From Candidatus Obscuribacteraceae bacterium (lineage in GTDB: Bacteria > Cyanobacteriota > Vampirovibrionia > Obscuribacterales > Obscuribacteraceae): 64,000 bases of DNA. The stretch lies in the NCBI GenBank assembly GCA_044226015.1, contig JBGAHS010000005.1, positions 64,001-128,000 of the forward strand, given 5' to 3'. The notes under the pieces were generated by a model. The model made no database searches. It saw only the letters and a program-made list of their open reading frames with translations, and was not told where the DNA came from. A program made the translations under genes and the position numbers. Shown one piece after another: positions 18,913 to 29,100 of the stretch; positions within the stretch are counted from its first letter, which is position 1; each line of letters opens with the position of its first letter.

Positions 18913-21447
18913 CTAGTGTTTGTCCCACTTTATAGTTTGAGAGCAACGAATGTCACGGCTAGAAGTACCCACCGCAATCTCGTATTGACCATCTGGTGAG
19001 TGCCAACCGTGAGCCTTGATGTCGTATGTCGCAAACGCATCTGGTTTTAGTTGAAGCTGAACTGATTTAGTTTGACCGGGTTCTAATTCTATTCTGCTAA
19101 AGCCTTTTAGCTCCTGGACCGGCCGGTCGATATTAGAAGCTACCGGGCGAACATAAAGTTGCACGACTTCTGCACCTTTTCTGTTACCCGTGTTGCTGAC
19201 GTCTACGCTGACATCGACTGTGTCAGTGCTCTTGTTCACCTTGAGATTTTGCAGAGCGAATTTCGTATAAGAAAGTCCATATCCGAAGGGGTATCGTGGT
19301 GTGATGTTTTTCTTGTCGTACCAGCGGTACCCTACGTAGATTCCTTCCTTGTATTCAACTCGGCCGCCATTGTCTGATGTACCGGGGTAATAGCCGAAAG
19401 CTGGCGAGTCTTCAAAACGTTTCTCGAAAGTATCGGGCAATTTGCCGCTCGGGTTGATGTCTCCAAAAATAGCTTCCGCTACTCCAGTGTTGCCGTTTTG
19501 ACCGGGATACCATGCGTGCATCAAGCCCGAAACGTCGTTGATCCAACCTTCCATGCCCACATTTCCACCTGCGTTGAATACAACCAGGGTGCGTGGGTTT
19601 AGCTTACTAGCTTGCTTGAGCATGGTCTGCTGATCTACTGGCAAATCATAGGGTCTATCGAATCCTTCTGATTCCATAAATCCGTTGAAGCCGCCAGCAA
19701 AAATGACAGCATCTGCTTCCGCTATTAGCTTAGCTTGTTCTGCTGTAAATTTGTCTGCAGTTCGGCCCCATCCAAATTGCATAATGGCAGGTCCAGCAGA
19801 GTGCTTGTATTCGATCACAACATCATGTTCTTCGTCTGCTTGCAATTTCATCGTTTTGCTAGCATTCACCTGTTGCCCTGGCACAGATGAGGCTTCAAAA
19901 AGCGGTTTGCCATCGAGCATCACTTTTGCACCATCACTGCAGCAAGCAAAGGTATAGTCGTCTGTGAACGGTGCTTTGATTTTGCCTGTCCATCTGATTG
20001 AGTATTTGTCTACCTTTATGGTGTCATCTGGTCTCCAGGTGCCCCACATGAAATTGACCGTGGGGTCGGTCTTAGTGAGGAATGGGGACCCTTTGAGTTC
20101 TGGATTTGTGTAATATTCGCCTTTCATTCCCCGCTGTCCATCTATCAATTCGAAGACAGAACCAGAGTTAAAAGCAGATGATGCAGTCGGATTGGCGCCA
20201 GCCCAGTTTGGGATGTAACTAACTTTAACGTTGTTGCCCGCTGCCTCTCTGACGGCATCGAGCAAGCTAACAGAGCGAAATGGAATAGTGCCGCTACTGC
20301 CGCCACCACCTACGATGGCAGGGCATGCATTAGGACCGAGCATAACAATTGATTTGACTTTATCTTTGCTCAAGGGCAAGAAGTCATTGTCGTTTTTCAA
20401 AAGTACCAGACCTTTTCTGGCGATTTCCAGAGCCACTGCACCACTGCTGGGGTCATCCAGTGGAATAGACTTATCTTCCTGTTTTGTTTTGAAGAAATCC
20501 ATGGCAACAGACATGCGTATGATGCGTCTGACGTGTTCGTCGATTTGTGCTTGCGTGACCTTACCTTCGGAAAGCAACTTCTTGATGTTGTCTTGCGTGT
20601 AATAGATTCCTCGTCCCATTTCAAGGTCGTTGCCAGCTGTTAATGGACCCAAGCACTCATGAACAGCGCCCCAATCTGACATGAGAATGCCCTTGAATCC
20701 CCATTGTTTTCTCAGAACATCAGTCAGTAAATAGCTGTTTGCGGTACACCATTCACCATTAACTTTGTTATATGCGGCCATCACAGTCCAGCAATTGGCG
20801 TCTTGAACAGCAGCCTTAAATGGAGGAAAGCAAATTTCGTGCAGGCGGCGTTCGTCGACAATGGTGTCGACGCTGTCGCGCAAAATTTCCTGGTCATTTG
20901 CAGCGTAGTGTTTAACGCAGGCGGCTACATTTTGTCCCTGTAATCCTTTTATGTATCCCACTGCAATTTTGGAAGAAAGGTACGGGTCTTCGCCGAAGTA
21001 TTCAAAGTTTCTTCCGCACTGCGCAACTCGGTAGAGGTCGACACCTGGTGCCAGAAGCACATGCACACCGCGAGCGCGACAATCGCGACCGAGGGCTTTG
21101 CCCATCGCAAGAGCCGTGTCGTAGTCCCAAGTTGCAGCGAGCATTGCTCCTGCAGGGTAAGCGGTCGCTTTGCCCCAAACTCTGGCACCGACAGGTCCGT
21201 CGCTGAATTTCAGTTCTGGAATACCTAAACGGCTCAACCCAGGAACATGCATTTCATCAGAAGTACCCGACATCATGGTGATTTTTTCTTCAAGTGTCAT
21301 TTTGCCCAGAAGCTCAGAGACTCTCGCTTCAACCGGGTCGGAATTATCCGCGGAAACTGGCAATACAGCACTGGAACTCATAAGGCTGAGCGCAGCAAGT
21401 GCCATTTTCATTCTTTTGTGCAACATCATAATATTTAGCATCCTCAA
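18913..21447 (-). CDS. Secreted GH3 beta-glucosidase with PA14 insert and Fn3-like domain
   Basis: SDGPVG, GRNFEYFGEDP, KHYAAN, MSDW nucleophile, YSIRWTGKI (PA14), YPFGYGLSYT, GAEVVQLY. Confidence 0.95.
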   Translation of the reverse strand: MRMLNIMMLHKRMKMALAALSLMSSSAVLPVSADNSDPVEARVSELLGKMTLEEKITMMSGTSDEMHVPGLSRLGIPELKFSDGPVGARVWGKATAYPAGAMLAATWDYDTALAMGKALGRDCRARGVHVLLAPGVDLYRVAQCGRNFEYFGEDPYLSSKIAVGYIKGLQGQNVAACVKHYAANDQEILRDSVDTIVDERRLHEICFPPFKAAVQDANCWTVMAAYNKVNGEWCTANSYLLTDVLRKQWGFKGILMSDWGAVHECLGPLTAGNDLEMGRGIYYTQDNIKKLLSEGKVTQAQIDEHVRRIIRMSVAMDFFKTKQEDKSIPLDDPSSGAVALEIARKGLVLLKNDNDFLPLSKDKVKSIVMLGPNACPAIVGGGGSSGTIPFRSVSLLDAVREAAGNNVKVSYIPNWAGANPTASSAFNSGSVFELIDGQRGMKGEYYTNPELKGSPFLTKTDPTVNFMWGTWRPDDTIKVDKYSIRWTGKIKAPFTDDYTFACCSDGAKVMLDGKPLFEASSVPGQQVNASKTMKLQADEEHDVVIEYKHSAGPAIMQFGWGRTADKFTAEQAKLIAEADAVIFAGGFNGFMESEGFDRPYDLPVDQQTMLKQASKLNPRTLVVFNAGGNVGMEGWINDVSGLMHAWYPGQNGNTGVAEAIFGDINPSGKLPDTFEKRFEDSPAFGYYPGTSDNGGRVEYKEGIYVGYRWYDKKNITPRYPFGYGLSYTKFALQNLKVNKSTDTVDVSVDVSNTGNRKGAEVVQLYVRPVASNIDRPVQELKGFSRIELEPGQTKSVQLQLKPDAFATYDIKAHGWHSPDGQYEIAVGTSSRDIRCSQTIKWDKH

Positions 21448-21627
21448 TCAATCCAACCCTGAACTGGAGTGTATTTTCGAACATTCCGCTGGCAAAATCG
21501 ACCGGGATCATAGCAGGAGGTGGGGCGTAATATTAGCACTGCCCGCGTATGGCTTATCCGCAGCTAATGTCAAGCTGGTTTAATGGTCATAATCTTCTGC
21601 TAACAATCCTCTTGGAACGGTTCAGAC

Positions 21628-23088
21628 ATGCAGTTGTCTCTGAAACAAAAAAGCTTGCTTCTGGTGCTAGTTCCAGTGCTTTTTGAACTATTTTTCATTG
21701 TTATTTTGTTTGGTCTTTTGCGCCAGGCTGAGCATGAAGTCTGGCGAGAGACTCATGCAAAAGCTGTGATTTCCGAATCGAACGACATCTGGCGTCTTGC
21801 TTATGACACGGGCATAACCCTGTTCAGTTTTGCTGCGACTCGCCATTCAGCACTAGCCATCAAGTTTGTAGAAACCGAGACCGAGCTTGTAAACCATCTC
21901 AATACTCTGAAACTATTGACACAGGGGCACCCTAAGGAAGAAAAGCTTTTTGCCGAAGTTAATAAGTATGCCCAGTCCTCTCGTGTAGCTCTAAGAAATG
22001 CTCACCAAGCACTGGTTGATTTGAGTGTAATCGATGCAAGTTCGCGCATGCGAAGTCTGCGGAAGAACTTTGAAAGTGTAATACCGCAGCTTGTAGCAGC
22101 TCTCGGTGAGCTAAATGAGTACGAAAAGAAAATCGCAAAGAATAGCCCAAAGGCACAGGAACAATCACGACGCAATGTCCTCTATTTTCTTGTCGCTGGA
22201 ATCGTGTCTAGTACCGCACTGGCTTTTGCATTGGCAAGCTATTTTAATAAGGAGGCACTAGAGCGCTTAGGTGTAGTGATTGATAATACAAAGAAACTGG
22301 CTACTCGCGAAAAGTTGAATGCACCCGTTGCGGGCACGGACGAAATCGCTAGCTTAGACCACGTGTTCCATGACATGGTTGACGCCTTGGAGCTTGCGGC
22401 CAAGCGAAAGCAAGAACTGATGTCTATGGTTAGTCATGACCTTCGTTCTCCACTCATGTCTGTGGAAATTGCACTCGGTTCAATTTGTAGTGGCGTATAT
22501 GGTGACTTGCCAGAATTGATGAGCGAGCCTGTGCAACAATCTCGTCGCAATACTGTGAGACTAATCGAGCTGATTAATGATCTCCTTGATATAGAGAAGC
22601 TTGAGTCCGGAACTATGAGCTTAAACGCCCGGCAATGCGCCGTTAGCGAGATTTTCGATAAGTGTTTTGATGCAGTTAGCTCAAGTGCAGGGCAGAAATT
22701 GATAGATCTCGATCTGCAAGATTCTGATATCGAAATTTATGGCGACCCCGATCGATTAACGCAGGTTTTGGTAAATCTCATTTCCAACGCTATCAAATTC
22801 TCCTCGGAAGGAGGCAAAATTATCGTTTCTGCCTCTGTTAGAGACACTTTTGTCGAATTTGCAGTTGTGGATCAAGGAAGGGGCATTCCCTCTGAAAAAA
22901 TCGGAGTGATTTTTGATAGATTCTCCCAAGTGAATAATTCAGATGCTCAAAGAGGTAAAGGAACAGGGTTGGGGTTGGCTATCTGTAAGGCGATTGTTGA
23001 ATCTCACGGAGGGCAAATCGGTGTATCTTCCGAGGTCGACCAGGGCAGTCGATTCTGGTTCAAAATTCCTTTAGCGGAGACTCGCTAA
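21628..23088 (+). CDS. Membrane sensor histidine kinase (TM-sensor-TM-HAMP-HisKA-HATPase)
   Basis: VSHDLRSPL, NLISNAIKF, DQGRG, GTGLGL. Confidence 0.95.
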   Translation: MQLSLKQKSLLLVLVPVLFELFFIVILFGLLRQAEHEVWRETHAKAVISESNDIWRLAYDTGITLFSFAATRHSALAIKFVETETELVNHLNTLKLLTQGHPKEEKLFAEVNKYAQSSRVALRNAHQALVDLSVIDASSRMRSLRKNFESVIPQLVAALGELNEYEKKIAKNSPKAQEQSRRNVLYFLVAGIVSSTALAFALASYFNKEALERLGVVIDNTKKLATREKLNAPVAGTDEIASLDHVFHDMVDALELAAKRKQELMSMVSHDLRSPLMSVEIALGSICSGVYGDLPELMSEPVQQSRRNTVRLIELINDLLDIEKLESGTMSLNARQCAVSEIFDKCFDAVSSSAGQKLIDLDLQDSDIEIYGDPDRLTQVLVNLISNAIKFSSEGGKIIVSASVRDTFVEFAVVDQGRGIPSEKIGVIFDRFSQVNNSDAQRGKGTGLGLAICKAIVESHGGQIGVSSEVDQGSRFWFKIPLAETR

Positions 23089-24225
23089 ATGTCTAGGTGT
23101 TTGAGAGGAATAAATGCAGTTTTACTTGTGGTATCGATTCCCCTTCTGTCCTCATGTTCTGTGGAGTCCTCCTCGGAAGGAACACTATCTTTTCTGGGAA
23201 ATTCCTACACTTTGCGATGCTGGGAGCGTGAATGTGTAGATGGTCAGCATGCAATGCTCGCTCAAGATTATCGTGAGGCCGCAAAGTGTTTTAGCAAGGC
23301 TCTTGCTTATGCAGGAGGTGGTGCGAGGCTTTTCCAAACACAGCTGCTTCTTGTAGCGGTTGACCTGGACCAAAAGCAGTATGATAGCGGGCTGCGTATC
23401 TGCCGCCAGATGAATGAGCGCGCTCATAGTGCTTACGAACTCTCTCTACTTGATTTGAATCTTGGAAAGTGCTTTTCCGGGTTGCAACGATTTGCTGATG
23501 CTGAAAAAAGTTTCCGATCATGCATCGCTAGAAACGACGCAATAAAAGCTCAAGATGAAGAAACTAAGTTGCTTACTCTAGATGCTCTGGTGTTGTTGAT
23601 TGATTGTCTAAGAATGCAGGGAAAAAACGCAGATGCTGATAATGTTCTTTCGCAGTGTGAGGGGCTAAAGTCCAGGCTGATGAATGTCGTGGAGAACAAT
23701 GATAAGTTCTTGATTGCTCTAGGGCAGAGTCAGCTAGCGAAGACCCCAGATGAAGCGATAAAGATTTTATTGCCAGAGGTAGAGAAGAAAGAAAATCAAG
23801 CGAATACGAATGAGTTTAGAAATGCGATGAAATTTCTTGTGCTCATGTACGCTCGCAATAATGATGATGACTCCAGCCGAAAAACGATGAAAGACCTTTT
23901 GCGTGTTATGAACTCTGACCCATTTTGTTTAGCTGGTGACAGACTCAGATTATTGCTTTATTCTGCCGAGGATTTATTTCTCAGCTCAAAAATAGAATTA
24001 AGTAAGGAAATGGCTTTGGAAGCCCTTCGAATGCGGGCTGCAGCTAAGTCTCATCAGTTATTCGACATACTTTTGCTTCTTGCTCAGTGCGACTACCGCT
24101 TGCATAATCCGAAGGAGGGCAAGCAATACACCCTTGAGGCTGCAGCTGTCGCTGAGAAATTTACCAAAGACGAGAAGGTCAGGTTGGAAAGGCTGAAAAC
24201 GTTCCGGGAAGTGACGGGCTATTAG
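23089..24225 (+). CDS. TPR-repeat putative lipoprotein
   Basis: Hydrophobic leader ending LLSS-C; TPR-like helices; abuts the kinase stop codon. Confidence 0.78.
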   Translation: MSRCLRGINAVLLVVSIPLLSSCSVESSSEGTLSFLGNSYTLRCWERECVDGQHAMLAQDYREAAKCFSKALAYAGGGARLFQTQLLLVAVDLDQKQYDSGLRICRQMNERAHSAYELSLLDLNLGKCFSGLQRFADAEKSFRSCIARNDAIKAQDEETKLLTLDALVLLIDCLRMQGKNADADNVLSQCEGLKSRLMNVVENNDKFLIALGQSQLAKTPDEAIKILLPEVEKKENQANTNEFRNAMKFLVLMYARNNDDDSSRKTMKDLLRVMNSDPFCLAGDRLRLLLYSAEDLFLSSKIELSKEMALEALRMRAAAKSHQLFDILLLLAQCDYRLHNPKEGKQYTLEAAAVAEKFTKDEKVRLERLKTFREVTGY

Positions 24226-24285
24226 CATGTCAGGAAGTGCTAACCCGCACGTGAGCTGGGTATAAACTCAACAAGAGGCTCAGAT

Positions 24286-24957
24286 ATGGCAAAAATTCTA
24301 CTAGTCGAAGACAATCAAGAGCTAGCGCAGCGACTCATAGAGTGGCTCAAATTCAACAAATACACCGTTGAACATGCAGCTAATGGTGAAGATGCCTGTG
24401 AGTTGCTCGATCTTTCTGCTTTTGACATAGTGGTCCTCGATTGGGACCTTCCAGGTAAGTCAGGACTGGAGGTATGTAAATCGTTGCGCACTAAAGGCGG
24501 TACCATTCCTGTGTTGATGCTTACCGGGAAAGATGCCGCTATGGACAAAGTTAGTGCCCTTGATGCAGGTGCAGACGACTACGTAACAAAGCCCTTCAAC
24601 TCGGAAGAGCTTGGTGCAAGAATCAGAGCCCTTTTAAGAAGAGGAAAGGTCGAAAGCTCTAGTAAGCTCGTTGCTGGGGCGCTTGAACTTGATAGGACCT
24701 CTCATGAGGTTTGTCTCAACGGCAAGAAATTGCGTCTCTTCCCAAAAGAATACTCTATGCTTGAGTTATTCATGAACAATCAGAACAGAGTATTCAGCCT
24801 TGATGATATTCTCAATGCCATTTGGACTATGGATTCGTCAGGCTCTGAGGAAACTGTCCGCACCTTCATGAAGACATTGCGCCGCAAGGTCACTGCTGAG
24901 GGTGGCGAGTGTCCTATAAAGACTGTTTATGGATTTGGATATAAATTCGAAGTTTGA
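24286..24957 (+). CDS. OmpR-family response regulator
   Basis: ILLVED, VLDWDLPG, LMLTG, DDYVTKPF, IKTVYGFGY. Confidence 0.96.
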   Translation: MAKILLVEDNQELAQRLIEWLKFNKYTVEHAANGEDACELLDLSAFDIVVLDWDLPGKSGLEVCKSLRTKGGTIPVLMLTGKDAAMDKVSALDAGADDYVTKPFNSEELGARIRALLRRGKVESSSKLVAGALELDRTSHEVCLNGKKLRLFPKEYSMLELFMNNQNRVFSLDDILNAIWTMDSSGSEETVRTFMKTLRRKVTAEGGECPIKTVYGFGYKFEV

Positions 24958-25745
24958 GGCGCCTTATGTCGATAAAATTCAATATCAGCTTTCTGTTGAT
25001 TTTGTTGTTTCAGTTGACGCTTCTGGCGGGTCCACGTGATGTCTGTGCAAAATCGGAAAAGACTGAAAAGTCAGAGCATAGCTCGAAGCCTGATCAGCTC
25101 TCGGATGATGCTGCAATCTATCTCTCTGGTGAATACGATACCGCTCTAGCTAAGTTTCAACAGCTGGATAAAGATGCGCCTGAGAATGCAAGAACTCAGT
25201 ATTATCTAGGACTCTGTTCGATGCGTTTAAGAGACCAGGAAGCGGCAGCTAAGTACTTTGAATTGATGAAGAAATTCGCCAAGGACGAGCAAAGTAAGCT
25301 GCTTGCTGAAACATGGCTAGCTAGAATTGAGCGTCATCAAAAGCACATTAGTGATAACTATTCGATATCGGCACCAACGGTCGCAAAAGAAAACGAGCCT
25401 GTAATCAGAGTCCTCTGGTTTTTTACAAACTGGTGCCCAAAATGCAAACGATTTCGTGAGCATTTCAATAATGCGGAGACGTTATTTCCTTCATTGAAGT
25501 TTGAGCAAATAAATTCAGAAGACCCCCAAAATTGGGAACTCGTTTCAAAATATAAGGTTCGGTCTTATCCAACGCTGGTTTATTTCGGCAAGAACGGCAA
25601 GATCATTGAGAATTTTGCTGGAGCTCCTATGGGTAATACTTTCAATGAGCACCTGATGTCCATGGGGGCAAAGCCTGCAGAACCGTCTTTGCCGTCCGTT
25701 GACGATGGCTCTCAGAGTCTGACTAAACAGGGTAAAACAAAGTAG
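24954..25745 (+). CDS. Exported TPR-thioredoxin fusion
   Basis: Signal peptide, TPR pair (YYLGLC), WCPKC active site, SYPTL cis-Pro motif; start may be ATG 24966. Confidence 0.85.
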   Translation: MRRLMSIKFNISFLLILLFQLTLLAGPRDVCAKSEKTEKSEHSSKPDQLSDDAAIYLSGEYDTALAKFQQLDKDAPENARTQYYLGLCSMRLRDQEAAAKYFELMKKFAKDEQSKLLAETWLARIERHQKHISDNYSISAPTVAKENEPVIRVLWFFTNWCPKCKRFREHFNNAETLFPSLKFEQINSEDPQNWELVSKYKVRSYPTLVYFGKNGKIIENFAGAPMGNTFNEHLMSMGAKPAEPSLPSVDDGSQSLTKQGKTK

Positions 25746-25771
25746 ATGACTTTGTTTTCAAGGAAATTCAT

Positions 25772-26185
25772 ATGACTGTAATGTTGTGTCCTTGCAAAAG
25801 TGGGAAAGCCTATAAGGCTTGCTGTAAAGGATTTCATGAAGGTAAATTGCCAAAAACAGCTCTTGAGCTGATGCGCTCAAGATTTTCTGCTTATGCTCTG
25901 AGGCTGCCGGATTACATAATTGAGACTACTCATTCTGATAACCCGGGGCGGATAGCGGACCAAAAGTTGTGGCGAAAGGAAGTTCTGAAATTCTCCGAGC
26001 AGACAAGATTTGATGGTTTGAAAATCGAATCGTTCGAGCCAGGTGAGGAATCGTCCTTCGTATGCTTTACTGCGCAATTACGGCAGGGAAGTCGAGATGC
26101 TAGTTTTACGGAAAAAAGTCTTTTCGAAAAAGTAAATGGGAAGTGGCTATATAAATCAGGCGTCACTCAAGGAACAGTAAAATGA
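25772..26185 (+). CDS. ychJ: YchJ-family (SEC-C/UPF0225) protein
   Basis: CPCKSGKAYKACC..FH, TALELMRSRFSAY, FTEKSLF...WLY..G. Confidence 0.88.
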   Translation: MTVMLCPCKSGKAYKACCKGFHEGKLPKTALELMRSRFSAYALRLPDYIIETTHSDNPGRIADQKLWRKEVLKFSEQTRFDGLKIESFEPGEESSFVCFTAQLRQGSRDASFTEKSLFEKVNGKWLYKSGVTQGTVK

Positions 26186-29100
26186 GCTTGTCGCTGTTCC
26201 AGCGTGGATTGATCCTCGTTGGAGTGCCGCTCTTATTGGAAATTTTGCTGATAAGTTCGCTCTCTTTCTTGCTTTACCAGTCTGCCGAGGAGCGACTTCA
26301 AGAAAATAAGTACAGAAAGTTCGCCTCAGAAGTTGCTAGCTTGATAGGTTATGTATCCAGTGCGCCTTTCGAATTGGCATCTTCAATTCAATCGCGAGAT
26401 GAGAAACACTTTCGCCGATATGAGTCTCAAGTCCTGAGGTCGCGAAAAGCACTGGACGAAGTTGGACAGATAATCAAAGACATTCCTGAGGTTACTCAGA
26501 GTGATTATGATGAGCTGAAGAAGAGTGTGGATGCTGTTTTTGACGTAACTAAAGATATTGCTGCAAAGCGCAAGGACGTTGATAGTTTTAATACCATTGA
26601 AAAGATGGAGTCCTTTCAAGCAACTCTATCTAAGACCAAAAGGTCCTGTTATCTACATTTAGAGCGCATGTTCGATGTGGGTGATGAAATGACAGAAATC
26701 GCTCAGGCAAAGCTGAACAGAACGCAAGAGATTCAACTTCTTATAGTTCAAATAGGAATAGTAGCCAATCTTCTGGTCGCAGTCGCCCTTACTTTCTTTT
26801 TCAAAAGAGGCATTTCTCAAAGAATCGGTGTCATAGCTGAAAACACAAACGCACTTGCACGCGGTGATTCGTTGCTGTCAGAGTTGGGCGGAACTGATGA
26901 AATTGGAAAGTTCGACCATGCCTTTCACAAAATGCTAGAGCAATTGGCAGCTGCATCTAAGAATGAAAAGGACCTATTCGAAAACGCCAGTGATGTAATT
27001 CTAGTTCTCGATGCTGACGGGAAATTTGAACGAGTTAGTCCAGCATCTAATAAGGATTGGCACTATAGCCCAGATGAATTACTAGGGAAGTCGTTGGACA
27101 CTATTTTGCCCGCTTCCGAAAAAGAATCTGTTCTGCTGCATTTGGAGAATGTTCGAAACAATCTCGACCGTCCGAGTTTCGAATCTATCATACTCACTAA
27201 AAACTCGTCTGAACGAGTTGGTTTATGGTCGGCCTATTGGTCTAGCGAAGAAAGCAAAATGTACTGTATTGTCCATGACGCTACTGAAGCCAGGTCGATA
27301 GAAAATGAGCGTAAAAAGTTTCTGGAACTAATAAGTTCAGATCTCAAAATACCACTGCAAGTCATTTCTGATTCCTTTCGCAAGATTGGAACTATATTTG
27401 GTGCTGATGTCTCACCAAAGCTGACTGAGAAGCTCGACATGACACGCAAAAATTTGCGTAGACTGCTTGCTCTCGTTAATGATTTGCTTTTGGTCAGTCA
27501 GATGGAAAGCGGCAGTTTTGAGCTAGATTTGCAAAGTCAGGATCTAAACGAGCTAATGAGAAGTGCTGCTGCTGATCTTGAAGCACTTCTTTCCAATAAG
27601 CAAATTGAATTGCTGGTTCAAGATTGTGATAGCTGTGTTTTTGCCGACCATGGGCGAGTTGTTCAGGTTATCGTCAATCTGCTTTCCAACGCGGTTAAGT
27701 TCTCTGCAAAGCAAAGTCAAATAACTCTGACTGGAAGAATAAGTGAAGACGATTTAGACTCTGTAAGAATAGAAGTTCGCGATCAGGGGCGAGGAGTTCC
27801 TCCATCACACATCGACAAAATTTTTGAGAAATTTAGTCAGGTGGAGGTCGCCGACGGAAAGCGTAAGGCTGGCACGGGGCTGGGCTTGCCGATTTGCAAA
27901 CAGATAATTGAGCTGCACGGCGGCAAAATTGGTGTGAATTCAGTTGAAAATCAAGGCAGTACCTTTTGGTTCACCCTGCCCCGCAATCAATCGGCTTTTG
28001 AAAAAACTATCGCTTCCTCTTCCATTAGTGAAACAGCGCTGGCTGAGCAAAAGGCGCCAACGGATCCTGTCGCGGCAGTGCCATTTGACCGTCTTAACTC
28101 CGGGGCTGAAGCGGCTAGTAATGTTGACCATAAAGAACTTGCAAGTGTGGGTCATGAAGGCACTCTTCAAACCACTCTTAGAACCAACTCAGATTTTGCC
28201 TCGAAGTTAAGCCGGCAATCTCATGAGCAATCAGCGCAAGAACTCGATAGTGCGAGGACACAGTACAATCATAATTTTTTGAGTAACTTTTTTTCGGGGC
28301 TCAGCATGGGGCAGAAAGGCACGCTGCTCGTTGCTGTGCCACTCGCGGCCGAAATTGTACTTTCAGGATTCTTGTTTCAGTCTTTGTTGCAGACCCAACA
28401 CTATCGCATGAGAGAACTCCATCGTCGCCAGGTGGCGCTTACTGCAAGCAAGTTATCCAAATTTATTCTCTATTCTTCAGGCTCAGTAGTAAACAATGTA
28501 AAAAGCTTCCGGTGGGATCGTTTTTTGAAAAGTATCAAAGCTTGTAGAACACTTGAGGTTATACTGAATGATCTTGTTGCGGAAGACCCGTTCGAGCGCA
28601 AAGAGTTTGAGCAGTTTATGCGCCTGGCCGGCAACTTAAATGAATACAGTCTAAAACTCGTGAAAAGCAATCTCGCAAATTCCAACGAAGGGGTTGCGAG
28701 TTTGCTACAGGAAAAGGTACGGCATCTTAAGGATGTAGCCGCCGTCTGTACTCACCTGCGAAATATTATTCACGAAGCCGAGAAAAAAGAATTTGCCAGC
28801 CCCGAGCGTGAGCTGAGCCAGAGGCATATCCAGGTTATGCTGTTATATTTAGCCTTATTTATAAACATTGCCTTCTCAGTATTTCTGTCAATCTTATTCA
28901 GTGTTGGCGTATCTAAACGCATCCTCGTTATGGCTGACAACGCCAGGCGTTTGGCAAACGATGACCGTCTCAACCCTCTTATTGGCGGAAAGGATGAGTT
29001 GGCTAGATTGGACCAGGCATTTCACCATACCGCCAATCTGTTAGCAGAGGCACGAAGAAAAGAACGCGCTGTCCTTGATAATTCAAAAGATGTGCTCTGT